Numbered from the stretch's first letter, positions 1-7,975 are shown. The stretch: DNA of 60,727 nucleotides from Candidatus Iainarchaeum sp. (GCA_016202305.1 JACQPB010000025.1:1-60727), one strand, 5' to 3'. The notes: a model not told the origin generated them from the letters alone. Program-made: numbers and translations.

Positions 1-1574
1 ATATTTTCTGGATTTTCTAAAATTACTTTACTCGCAGTTAGTTTTTTCTTAACGCTTTCATTTATTTTTTCTTTAAACTCTTCCGGGAGTTCTTCTTCTT
101 GAATTTCTAAAAATGCTTCTAATTGCTCTTTTTTCAAATGCAATTCTTCAAGCCTTGGTTGGTAAACGATTTTAACCGTAAAACCGTCTCGTATTGAATC
201 CGTAATGAAGTATTTGTCAAAGTATTTTTCCTGCGGCGGATAACTGAAAGCTTCATAAGTGTCTTTTCCACCTTTAGCGATTGGTGTTCCGGTAAAGGCA
301 AAGAAAAAAGCTTTCCTCAAAATGTTTCTCATTTGCGCGGCCATTGTTCCATATTGGGTTCTGTGACCCTCGTCAACGAATGCCAGTACATTTTTCCTGT
401 TGAGTATTGTGCTGTTTGTTTTTGAGGCCGCTTCCAGTTCTTTTTGCAGCGCGTCCAGTTCTTCGGCCCTGAACTTGTGGATTAGTGTTATCATTATTCC
501 GCGTTTTCCTTTTCCCTCGTCGTGCTTCAATGTTTTTCTTAGCGCTTCAATCGAATCAATGACTTCCACTCTTGGAATGTCCAATGCGTTGAATTCCTGC
601 TCTAGTTGTATCTGTAAATCCTGCCGGTCCACGACAAAGAAGATTGTTGGGTTCTCCAGTATTTCGTTTCGGTAGAGTTTGTTTACTGCAAAAATCATTG
701 TCAGGGTTTTTCCAGAACCCTGCCAGTGCCAAATCAGGCCCTTGTTTTTGTCTTCAGTTCCGTTAAAGTTATCCAAGACTCTTTTAACTATTTTTTCCGA
801 TGCACGGTACTGCATGTATCTTGTGATTACTTTGGTCGAGCTTCCGAATTCAATCCTGAAAAACAAGTAATTTCTCAAAATGTCAAGCAGCCTGTTTGGG
901 GCCAGCATTTCAATCGTGGAGTCGACGGGATCGTTTTGTTCTTGTTCTTTCCACTCGTAAATCCGGGTTTCTTCTTCCCAAGGAACGATTGCAAAGTATT
1001 TGACTATTTGCTCGGCCGCCACTCCAATCTGGACGTATTTATAGAGTTCTGGAATTTTTTGCTCATATTCTTTTATTTGTTTGTAGGCATCAAACCACGA
1101 TTCGGAAAAGCTGGCGGGGTTTTTGCATTCAATGTCAACCAGCGGGATACCGTTTACGTATAGCATGATGTCTGTTCTGATTTCGCCTCTGCCACTGTTG
1201 TACACCACTTGCCTGCTGGCAATAAAGTCGTTTTGTTCCGGGTTTTCATAATCAAACAGTTTAACGTATTTTACCAAGCGGTCTTTTTCAAATTTGATTG
1301 GCACGCCCTGCTTGAACAAATTAAGAACGCCCTTTATTCCCTCAACAGTCGAACTTTTCAGTTTTAACTCGTTCAGCACTTTCTTTATTTCCTCGTCAGT
1401 GATGTCAAGTTTGGCGTTTAATTTCTTTAGTGACCGAATTAAATTTGGAATAAGCAATGGCTCTTCAAAGCTCTCGCGTTCCAATTCGTCCGCCGGAACA
1501 AAACGCCAGCCCTTGGCCTTAAGCTTTTCAATGAAGTAATCTTCTGCAACAGACTTCTCGCTAAAGTGCGGCAT
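1..1574 (-). CDS. hsdR: Type I restriction enzyme R subunit (HsdR), N-terminal ~524 aa; gene continues beyond window start
   Basis: Not in the ORF track because there is no stop in the window. My reverse-strand translation from ATG 1574-1572 gives MPHFSEKSVAEDYFIEKLKAKGW..., with helicase motif I 'HWQGSGKTLTM' and motif II 'AFVDEGHRTQYG'. It is the last gene of the hsdM/hsdS operon. Confidence 0.9.
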   Translation of the reverse strand, partial: MPHFSEKSVAEDYFIEKLKAKGWRFVPADELERESFEEPLLIPNLIRSLKKLNAKLDITDEEIKKVLNELKLKSSTVEGIKGVLNLFKQGVPIKFEKDRLVKYVKLFDYENPEQNDFIASRQVVYNSGRGEIRTDIMLYVNGIPLVDIECKNPASFSESWFDAYKQIKEYEQKIPELYKYVQIGVAAEQIVKYFAIVPWEEETRIYEWKEQEQNDPVDSTIEMLAPNRLLDILRNYLFFRIEFGSSTKVITRYMQYRASEKIVKRVLDNFNGTEDKNKGLIWHWQGSGKTLTMIFAVNKLYRNEILENPTIFFVVDRQDLQIQLEQEFNALDIPRVEVIDSIEALRKTLKHDEGKGKRGIMITLIHKFRAEELDALQKELEAASKTNSTILNRKNVLAFVDEGHRTQYGTMAAQMRNILRKAFFFAFTGTPIAKGGKDTYEAFSYPPQEKYFDKYFITDSIRDGFTVKIVYQPRLEELHLKKEQLEAFLEIQEEELPEEFKEKINESVKKKLTASKVILENPEN

Positions 1575-2379
1575 TTTGATCACTTCTTGCTGGTTTTGAT
1601 TTTTCTAGATATTGTTTAAAACTAGCCGAATCCAAAATTTCTTTTATGATGTCAATAGACCACACCTTGGCCAGTCCAGTATTTTCTTCAAAAATAATTC
1701 TCGGTCGCCTTGTTTGTACGCTAACCGCAATGTCTTGATAAGGAATGTATTCACTACAAATTCCAATAAATCTTCCTAAATGAGTGGCTCCAAATTGTAT
1801 TCCTTTTTCCTTAATTGCAATAGGCGATGGTTTCAACAATACTGGGCTTCCACTATTTCCAGGAAAAACGCTGGCATCTATATAAAAAGTCCTGTCTTCT
1901 TCAATTCGCGAAATTATTCCGTTCCGTACAATAGGCTTGATTTTTGCAGTGGATAAACCAGGCTGGAAACCCAAAAGGAATATATCATCCGCCACATTCA
2001 ACTCCTTTATATCTAAAAAAGAAGCGGATTCTATTGTTTTGACGTCATCATTTTCAACATCTAAACCAAATCCAATAACAGCAATATCAACATCTTTATT
2101 AGCATGGAAATGCCATTCAGCACTGAAACCACGTTTAATATCATCTATTTTTCTTTCGATAACTGTTCCACTCTTTGAATTAAAAGCTGCAAACAAGTTT
2201 TCCCTAAATTTTCCATTCTCATCGATAATCACATGTTTGCAAGTAATTAAACAAAACACGCCCGAAACCTGCAAAAGAGCCCCCGTACCAATCTGAATTT
2301 TTTTCGCCCCCTCTTGGTCTTTTATTTCTTGACCAAGATAAACGACTGTTTTTTGCCAATCAGGAATTAACCAACTCAT
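1561..2379 (-). CDS. Cytoplasmic trypsin-like (chymotrypsin-fold) serine protease
   Basis: 272 aa with a catalytic triad in canonical order: His 'ITCKHVI', Asp 'KDVDIAVIGF', Ser 'FPGNSGSPVL'. No signal peptide. ATGA overlap with the upstream hsdS half and a 14-nt overlap with the hsdR start. Confidence 0.7.
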   Translation of the reverse strand: MSWLIPDWQKTVVYLGQEIKDQEGAKKIQIGTGALLQVSGVFCLITCKHVIIDENGKFRENLFAAFNSKSGTVIERKIDDIKRGFSAEWHFHANKDVDIAVIGFGLDVENDDVKTIESASFLDIKELNVADDIFLLGFQPGLSTAKIKPIVRNGIISRIEEDRTFYIDASVFPGNSGSPVLLKPSPIAIKEKGIQFGATHLGRFIGICSEYIPYQDIAVSVQTRRPRIIFEENTGLAKVWSIDIIKEILDSASFKQYLEKSKPARSDQNAAL

Positions 2380-3002
2380 GAGTTCACCCTCTTCTTTCCA
2401 GTCAACAAATCATTCATCAAACCCCGCTTGATTCGCTCAAGCTTGTGTTTTTGAGTAGTTTGAAGTGATAGTTTTTTGTCAAGTGTGGAAAACACTTCAA
2501 CAATTTTTCTTTGTTCCTCAATTGTTTTGGGAACAAAAATTTCGGTTTTTCCAACCAAAGTTGTGTTCAAATTCCCCTGTGTTCCAGATTGCTTCTTTCT
2601 TAAAAAATCAGTCTCAATTGATTGAAGAGCATAGAACAAATATTCTCTATCATACTTAGTGTCATCAATATTTCCAAACAGGACAAACCCATCGTGGATA
2701 CAAGCGGGGATATTAACAATTATTGGTTTCCCTATCGTCGCACAAATACTCATTATCAAGTCGCCTTTATTGACTGAAACACTTTTTGACGCGCCCAAGT
2801 CGGATAAATATTGACTTGTCTTGTTTAGATATTTGTAAGAGGAGGTTACATCCTCAATCCTTATCCAGCCTCTCCCAGAATCCGAAAAATATGCTTTGTT
2901 TAGTATTGGTCTTGGAGACGCACCCCTCCTTATTGTCGCTATTTCAGAGAGTTTTACTTTGCGTAAACCATTTCCGTCGAACAGTTTTTTCATGACGCCC
3001 AC
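2376..3002 (-). CDS. hsdS: Type I R-M specificity subunit, C-terminal half (TRD2 + distal conserved helix)
   Basis: 208 aa. TRD-like body 'IRRGASPRP...', then the HsdS conserved helix 'EEQRKIVEVFSTLDKKLSLQTTQKHKLERIKRGLMNDLLTGK'. It begins at a GTG only because the upstream frame is broken at the GA repeat. Confidence 0.75.
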   Translation of the reverse strand: MGVMKKLFDGNGLRKVKLSEIATIRRGASPRPILNKAYFSDSGRGWIRIEDVTSSYKYLNKTSQYLSDLGASKSVSVNKGDLIMSICATIGKPIIVNIPACIHDGFVLFGNIDDTKYDREYLFYALQSIETDFLRKKQSGTQGNLNTTLVGKTEIFVPKTIEEQRKIVEVFSTLDKKLSLQTTQKHKLERIKRGLMNDLLTGKKRVNS

Positions 3003-3577
3003 CTTGAGCCGTTCGACTGCTCGTCTCTCTCTCTCTCTACGAGGCTAATCGCATCATCGACGGAAGAAAGAATATCTGAGATGGATTGTTGTTCTGTCAG
3101 TGATGGAAGAAGAATTTTAAGTTTTGCCAAATCGGTTCGTAGAACGCCTTTTATCGTGCTTCCTTGTGCAAGTGATTTAATTTTTTGCTGGTCTTTGGCT
3201 AGTTGCCAGTAAACAAATTCGGGCAATGCTTTAGATTTATCCAAAATAAGCCCAGTTAAATCTTGGCTAATTGCAACATCAATTTTGTTGATAGCCACCT
3301 TTCCAATTCCAACCCTTGTAGCTACAAGTACGTTATCTTTAGGGACAAGGTTGCTGGCACTTTTTTCCAAACCCTTTTTTGTAATATATTTCTGGCCCGC
3401 AACTATTTTTCTGCCATTGATATGGGCGCTTGTCATCCAAGGTATTTCACCGCCCCAATAATCTTTATGTGCAGTTGAGGGGGTGCCACCACCAATCATA
3501 TCAGAACATAGTAAGCCAAGTTCTGTTGTTTGCCAAGCTTTTGGCAGTTGCTCATTTTGAATTGTTTTGCTGGTCAT
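2990..3577 (-). CDS. hsdS: Type I R-M specificity subunit, N-terminal half (TRD1 + start of central conserved region), ends out of frame
   Basis: 195 aa with 'GGGTPSTAHKDYWGGEIPW' and 'LPSLTEQQSISDILSSVDDAISL', typical of HsdS. The tail 'VERERDEQSNGSRWAS*' follows the GA repeat and looks frameshifted. Confidence 0.75.
   Translation of the reverse strand: MTSKTIQNEQLPKAWQTTELGLLCSDMIGGGTPSTAHKDYWGGEIPWMTSAHINGRKIVAGQKYITKKGLEKSASNLVPKDNVLVATRVGIGKVAINKIDVAISQDLTGLILDKSKALPEFVYWQLAKDQQKIKSLAQGSTIKGVLRTDLAKLKILLPSLTEQQSISDILSSVDDAISLVERERDEQSNGSRWAS
3024..3038. repeat. (TC)7T simple-sequence repeat ((GA)n on the coding strand) at the junction of the two hsdS halves
   Basis: Direct read of tcgTCTCTCTCTCTCTCTacg. 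Coding strand reads GTA GAG AGA GAG AGA GAC. Confidence 0.95.
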
Positions 3578-4173
3578 TTTTCAACCCTCGTCAAATTAAA
3601 TGTCCCGCTCGTTAGGGGTTTTCTGTTGGTGAAATAATTTCCTTGCAAGGCATTCTGATTTTTCATGTAGACTTCGACAGTTCCAATGTGTTCTTGGATA
3701 CCTTTCGCTGTCGCTTCCGGCTTATTGGTGTATGAGTAAACCAGTTTCTTTCTGGATTGATTAAACCCATGAATCATGGCGCTGAAGCTTTCGGAATAAG
3801 AATGGTAAAATTGTGAATCCACCATGATTTTTGAAAATGTCTGATTTATGGTAATCTTAACAGTGAATTTTTGTGGCTGAGATCTATTATATGTTGAGTT
3901 TCCTTCTCCTTTCCAGACCCCGTTAAAATCCGGAACGTTCAGGAGTTGGCTAAATGGCTTAATACGCCACAGAAAGTTATCGAATGCATAGAAAATTATC
4001 GCAAATATTACGAACGGTGATGTTGAAATGAAATACCCTACAAAGACATTGGATTGATTAAGCGAATCAATCATTGGTGAAATAATCAAGGCAAGATATG
4101 CACTAATGACCGCAATGAACACTATACTTTCAAGTCTTTTCTGCGAGTTCAGTGAATATTCGTGCATGTTCAT
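3574..4173 (-). CDS. 2-TM protein with beta-strand-rich C-terminal domain; candidate Cap15 / SMODS-associated 2TM-beta effector
   Basis: 199 aa. Two N-terminal hydrophobic helices ('IVFIAVISAYLALIISPMI', 'VFVGYFISTSPFVIFAIIFYAF'), then a ~130-aa polar, beta-prone domain. ATGA overlaps with both neighbours, and it lies directly downstream of the CD-NTase-like gene. Confidence 0.5.
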   Translation of the reverse strand: MNMHEYSLNSQKRLESIVFIAVISAYLALIISPMIDSLNQSNVFVGYFISTSPFVIFAIIFYAFDNFLWRIKPFSQLLNVPDFNGVWKGEGNSTYNRSQPQKFTVKITINQTFSKIMVDSQFYHSYSESFSAMIHGFNQSRKKLVYSYTNKPEATAKGIQEHIGTVEVYMKNQNALQGNYFTNRKPLTSGTFNLTRVEK

Positions 4174-5051
4174 TCACCGTTCCATAACTGTATACACGCG
4201 CCAATAAATGCTTTGCAGTCAGTGGCATTCCATTGTGTTTCTTCTTGTCCGAAAAGCCTCGTTATTCCGTTTTGGCAGTTGAAACTGTTTAAATTTTCAG
4301 TATTTTCGTTTAGCCATTTGAGACAATTGAAAACGCTGGTTTGCAAGCTTGTAGTGTAGCAACTATTTGGAGCATTGTATAGCAGACACTCGACAAAATA
4401 GGATGGGGCAACACGGTTGTTCAGTTTTCCTTCGTCTACAAGTTTATTTCGAGCGTTTTTGAAGATGCGGACTACTTTTTTGTAAAGGTCGCCTGTAGAT
4501 TGGTGTTTTTTCACACCATTGTCAATATGTTGTTTTGGAAAATTATAGATTAGTGATCCATCCGGTTTCTTTATAGATACGCCCTCAGTGTAATGAGCTT
4601 GATTAGCTTCTGAAAATGAATGATAAACCCTATGTGACAGGCAAGGAATCACATCCGCATTCAAATATCCGTTTCCCAAATTCAGTTTTATGCTCTTGTT
4701 CCCCGATCCAGTAACTCTGTTTCCAAATAAATTTGTTAAATCATTTCGGAGTTCGCTATGGCTATATGCAGAGGTTGAAGTTTTTGTACTGTATGTGGTT
4801 TTTTCAGGCTCCGTCAGCTTAGTTTTGTCTGAAGTCCAGACACTTTTAAGCATTACGACAATGTCGACATCACTGTTAGCCCTAACATGCGTAGTATTTG
4901 CATAAGAGCCCTGCAAAAAAATGCTGAGTTCGTTTTTCTTCGCATATGCTGAATTGTTTATTATATTTTTTACTGTGTCGTATGTTCTGGCAGAACCACT
5001 ATCCGCTCCAGTGTGGCCCCATGTTTCGAGTTGCTGCTCACTTAGTGTCAA
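4170..5051 (-). CDS. CD-NTase / SMODS-type nucleotidyltransferase (CBASS-like cyclase candidate)
   Basis: 293 aa. Pol-beta NTase motifs 'FLQGSYANTT' (GS), 'SDVDIVVM' (DxD) and third acidic 'LNADVIPC', plus a 'PSYFVECLLYN' helix. TTG start abuts the hsdM stop. Confidence 0.65.
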   Translation of the reverse strand: MTLSEQQLETWGHTGADSGSARTYDTVKNIINNSAYAKKNELSIFLQGSYANTTHVRANSDVDIVVMLKSVWTSDKTKLTEPEKTTYSTKTSTSAYSHSELRNDLTNLFGNRVTGSGNKSIKLNLGNGYLNADVIPCLSHRVYHSFSEANQAHYTEGVSIKKPDGSLIYNFPKQHIDNGVKKHQSTGDLYKKVVRIFKNARNKLVDEGKLNNRVAPSYFVECLLYNAPNSCYTTSLQTSVFNCLKWLNENTENLNSFNCQNGITRLFGQEETQWNATDCKAFIGACIQLWNGE

Positions 5052-6854
5052 TTACTTCAACCCCTTCAAATAGCCCTCAATTTTCTTGTCCACTTCCTCG
5101 TCTTCTTTTTTGAGCTCATGGTATTCTTTCCATTCCTTGTCAACATCAATGTCTTCCTGTTTTTCTTCCGGATAAACGTAAAGCGAAACGTTGAGGTTGT
5201 AATCGTTCTGCCGGATTTCGGACGCGTTAACCACACGGCAAAAGCCGGGCGAATCTTTGAATTCTTGGAATGCTTTGACGATTTCGGCAATGTTTTTTTC
5301 GCCCAGGCGGTTAAGCTTTCGCACTTCTGGGTGTTTTTCAAACTTTTCCGAGGCATTGATAATCAAAATCTTGTCCTTTCTGGCGGGGGCTTTTTTCTTG
5401 TTCAGGAAAATGATGGCTCCTGGCGCGCCGGTGTTGTAAAAGAGCTTTTCAGGTAACAAGAGCACGGCTTCAATCAAATCACCTTGCAGGTTACTGTCTC
5501 CGTCAATGATTTTGGTTCTGATTGCCCGTTCCTTCCCGCCCCGAAACAGAGCCCCATTGTCTATTACAATGCCAACTTTTCCGTTTTTGTCATTTGAAGA
5601 TGCGAGCATGTGCTGTATCCAAGCCCAGTCAGCGGATTGCTTTGGAACAAATCCAAAAGGAAAGCGCTGTTTCCAGAATTCGCCTTTTTTGAGCACGCTT
5701 TCATCGTAGCCGTCCTGGTTCCAGGGCGGATTGGCAATTACAATGTCGAATTCTTTGATTGTTTCCTTTTCCTTGAACTTCGGATGCAATAAAGTATCGC
5801 CAAAGGCGAGGTTTGCATTGCGGATGTCGTGCACGTACGTGTTCATTTTGGCGAGCGCAATTGTTTTTTGGTTGACTTCCTGGCCAAACAAGAACAATTT
5901 ATCGGCTTCCTTCTTGCCCTTATTGTGCTCCACGTGCTTGTATGCTTCAATCAGCATGCCGCCGGAGCCCGCGGAGCAGTCATAAATGCTTTGGCCGGGC
6001 TGCGGGTCCAAAACTTCTATGAGTTGCTTGATTACTTCGCGGGGCGTGTAGATTTCGCCTTCTTTTGCCTTGCTTGGAGCAAAGTATTTGAGAATCCATT
6101 CATACGCGTCTCCCAAAATATCGGCGGAGACGTGGCTGAGTTTTTTTTCGCTGAAAAGCTCGATAAGCTGGCGCAGTATTTCGGAATTCTCGCGGCTGGT
6201 TGTGAACTGGATAAAATCCGCGTTGTCAAGAATGTCTTTGAGTTCCGGGTTTCTCTCGGCCAAGGTCTTTAGGGCTTTGGAGAATTTTTCGGGTTGTTTT
6301 TCCACATCCTTGCGGATGTTGTCCCACAAGAATTCGCGGGGCATGTCAAAGTCGTGGAAGGTCGCGCTCTCCGCTTCTTTTTCCGCTTCCTTTTCGTTCA
6401 AGCCGTCTTCAATAGCGTCTTTCTTCGCTTTTTGGAATTCGTATTCCCATTTGTCGCTGATTCGCTTGTAGAATAAAAGTATGAGTATGAATTTGTAATC
6501 AACGCGCGTGCGAATCAAGTCAGCAGCTTTTTTGAGGATACTGTCAATGTCGGTTCGGGTTAGGCCGTTTTGCTTGATGAAAAGGTGTTCGCCGATTATT
6601 GCACTTTTGCTTTTGAGTTTGTAAACCCGCTTACGGGCATCAACAGGGTCAAGTTCGGTTGTGAGCCAACCAGCTTTTCGCAGTTCGGAAATGAAAACAG
6701 GAACCTCTTTATCAGCGTCCTTGTTCTTTTCAACCAGAATTTTTGTCGCCGTTTCCAAGCCGAAAGGAGAATCCTTGAATTCCGCCCAAAGCAAGTCATA
6801 GCGGACTTCAAGCCACTTAGGCAACTGTGCCTCTATCTCTACCATAAAGAACAA
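5052..6854 (-). CDS. hsdM: Type I R-M N6-adenine DNA methyltransferase subunit
   Basis: 600 aa. SAM motif 'YDCSAGSGGMLI', catalytic 'IANPPWNQ', and an HsdM N-domain 'LFYKRISDKWEYEF'. The likelier start is ATG 6845 (MVEIEAQ...), downstream of a TATA box. Confidence 0.9.
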   Translation of the reverse strand: MFFMVEIEAQLPKWLEVRYDLLWAEFKDSPFGLETATKILVEKNKDADKEVPVFISELRKAGWLTTELDPVDARKRVYKLKSKSAIIGEHLFIKQNGLTRTDIDSILKKAADLIRTRVDYKFILILLFYKRISDKWEYEFQKAKKDAIEDGLNEKEAEKEAESATFHDFDMPREFLWDNIRKDVEKQPEKFSKALKTLAERNPELKDILDNADFIQFTTSRENSEILRQLIELFSEKKLSHVSADILGDAYEWILKYFAPSKAKEGEIYTPREVIKQLIEVLDPQPGQSIYDCSAGSGGMLIEAYKHVEHNKGKKEADKLFLFGQEVNQKTIALAKMNTYVHDIRNANLAFGDTLLHPKFKEKETIKEFDIVIANPPWNQDGYDESVLKKGEFWKQRFPFGFVPKQSADWAWIQHMLASSNDKNGKVGIVIDNGALFRGGKERAIRTKIIDGDSNLQGDLIEAVLLLPEKLFYNTGAPGAIIFLNKKKAPARKDKILIINASEKFEKHPEVRKLNRLGEKNIAEIVKAFQEFKDSPGFCRVVNASEIRQNDYNLNVSLYVYPEEKQEDIDVDKEWKEYHELKKEDEEVDKKIEGYLKGLK

Positions 6855-6869
6855 TTTCCCAGCAAAAAG

Positions 6870-6878
6870 TATTTAAAG
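6870..6878 (-). promoter_or_regulatory. TATA-like box (CTTTAAATA on minus strand) ~24 nt upstream of hsdM ATG 6845
   Basis: Direct read. The spacing fits an archaeal leaderless promoter. Confidence 0.35.
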
Positions 6879-7098
6879 CGATGGCTTATTTCATAAGTAA
6901 AATTCATTTTAGCTTATATATTGGTAGTAATCTAAGCATCTTGCAAGTTTACTTGACGGCTGTTTATAAGGCCAATTCAACCCTTCATCTCCGAGGGCCA
7001 TTGACTGAAAGCGCTTTGCCTGGCTTCAGTCCGTGGTGCCATAGGTCCGGTGTAGGGCCTCGCCTCTTCACTGGGGGTAACGCACCCTCACTGGCCGT

Positions 7099-7809
7099 TC
7101 AGAGCCTGAATGGCGAGAAGTCCGTGTCGTAGTCGTAGTAATCCATTTTCTCCTCTTTCTTGAGGAAGCCCGTGATGGCGTACGTTGCCGGCGTGAAAAG
7201 GACTTCGACTCCGACCTTGAAAGCGTAGTTTGAAACCACGAGCGCTATCAGCGTTTCCGTGGGCAGGACTCCTATGAACGCTATTGCCGCGAACACTGTT
7301 GTGTCAACCGCCTGCCCGGCTATTGTCGAGCCTATCGTCCTCTGCCAGAGGTTCCTGCCCCTGCTCATTACCTTCATTTTCGCGAGCACGAAGCTGTTCG
7401 TGAATTCGCCAGCGAAGTACGCTATCAGGGATGCCAGCACGAGCCGCGGGACAAAGCCGAGTATAGTGTCATAAGCGGCCTGGTCAGGCCAGCCGCCAGC
7501 CGCAGGAAGCGCTCCCACCACAAGGAAAACCGCCGACATTAGTGCAGCGGACGCGAACCCCGTCCATATGACTTTCCTCGCGCGCTTGTAACCATACACT
7601 TCGGTGAGTATGTCCCCGAAGATGTATGCGAGCGGGAAGAGTATGGTGCCGCCGTCGAACACCAGCGGGCCGAGCTCCACTATTTTCACGGACGCTATGT
7701 TGGAGATGAGCAGCACAGCCACGAAGAGGCCCACGATTATGGGATAGAACCTTAGCTCGCCGGGCCGCCTTTGCTCATTCCGTTCTGCCTGTTCCATAAA
7801 GTTTCTCAT
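7099..7809 (-). CDS. yhhQ: Queuosine-precursor transporter family protein (YhhQ/DUF165, VUT family)
   Basis: 236 aa polytopic membrane protein with 'FDGGTILFPLAYIFGDILTEVYGYKRARKVIWTGF'. The real start may be the second ATG (MEQAERN...). Confidence 0.8.
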   Translation of the reverse strand: MRNFMEQAERNEQRRPGELRFYPIIVGLFVAVLLISNIASVKIVELGPLVFDGGTILFPLAYIFGDILTEVYGYKRARKVIWTGFASAALMSAVFLVVGALPAAGGWPDQAAYDTILGFVPRLVLASLIAYFAGEFTNSFVLAKMKVMSRGRNLWQRTIGSTIAGQAVDTTVFAAIAFIGVLPTETLIALVVSNYAFKVGVEVLFTPATYAITGFLKKEEKMDYYDYDTDFSPFRL

Positions 7810-7960
7810 AGTAATCCTTCGTTATATGGCCTATCTCGGCCCAGGCCGGGATAGCCGCCTTGTATCTTCAGGTACGGGGCCCAGTGCCCGATGGGCATCG
7901 GGTCGCTACCAACAAATATTGCGCCCTTCCGAGGCGCACTCTCGGACGAAACGGTTGTTT
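7810..7960. repeat. Repeat family A, copy 1 (~151 nt non-coding element with outward TATA box)
   Basis: About 93% identical by manual alignment to 39613-39763. Contains hairpins GGCCTATCTCGGCC/GCCGGGATAGCC, GTATCT/AGGTAC, CCCGATG/CATCGGG and GCGCC/GGCGC. Confidence 0.85.
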
Positions 7961-7975
7961 CTCACTTTCCCTTAA

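Noticed and set aside
400-1539. Four plus-strand ORFs (81-145 aa) in the first 1.5 kb
   Set aside because: They are low-complexity shadows opposite a continuous minus-strand reading frame that encodes a clear HsdR N-terminus with helicase motifs.
5066-5356. 96-aa Lys/Arg-rich minus-strand ORF inside hsdM
   Set aside because: It is an alternative frame of the hsdM C-terminal region with no independent signals.
6960-7098. GC-rich 140-nt spacer examined as a possible tRNA fragment, att site or sRNA at the island boundary
   Set aside because: I found no T-arm or acceptor-like sequence and no similarity to the tRNAs or repeat families in the window. Only a generic hairpin is present, which fits a yhhQ 3' end.
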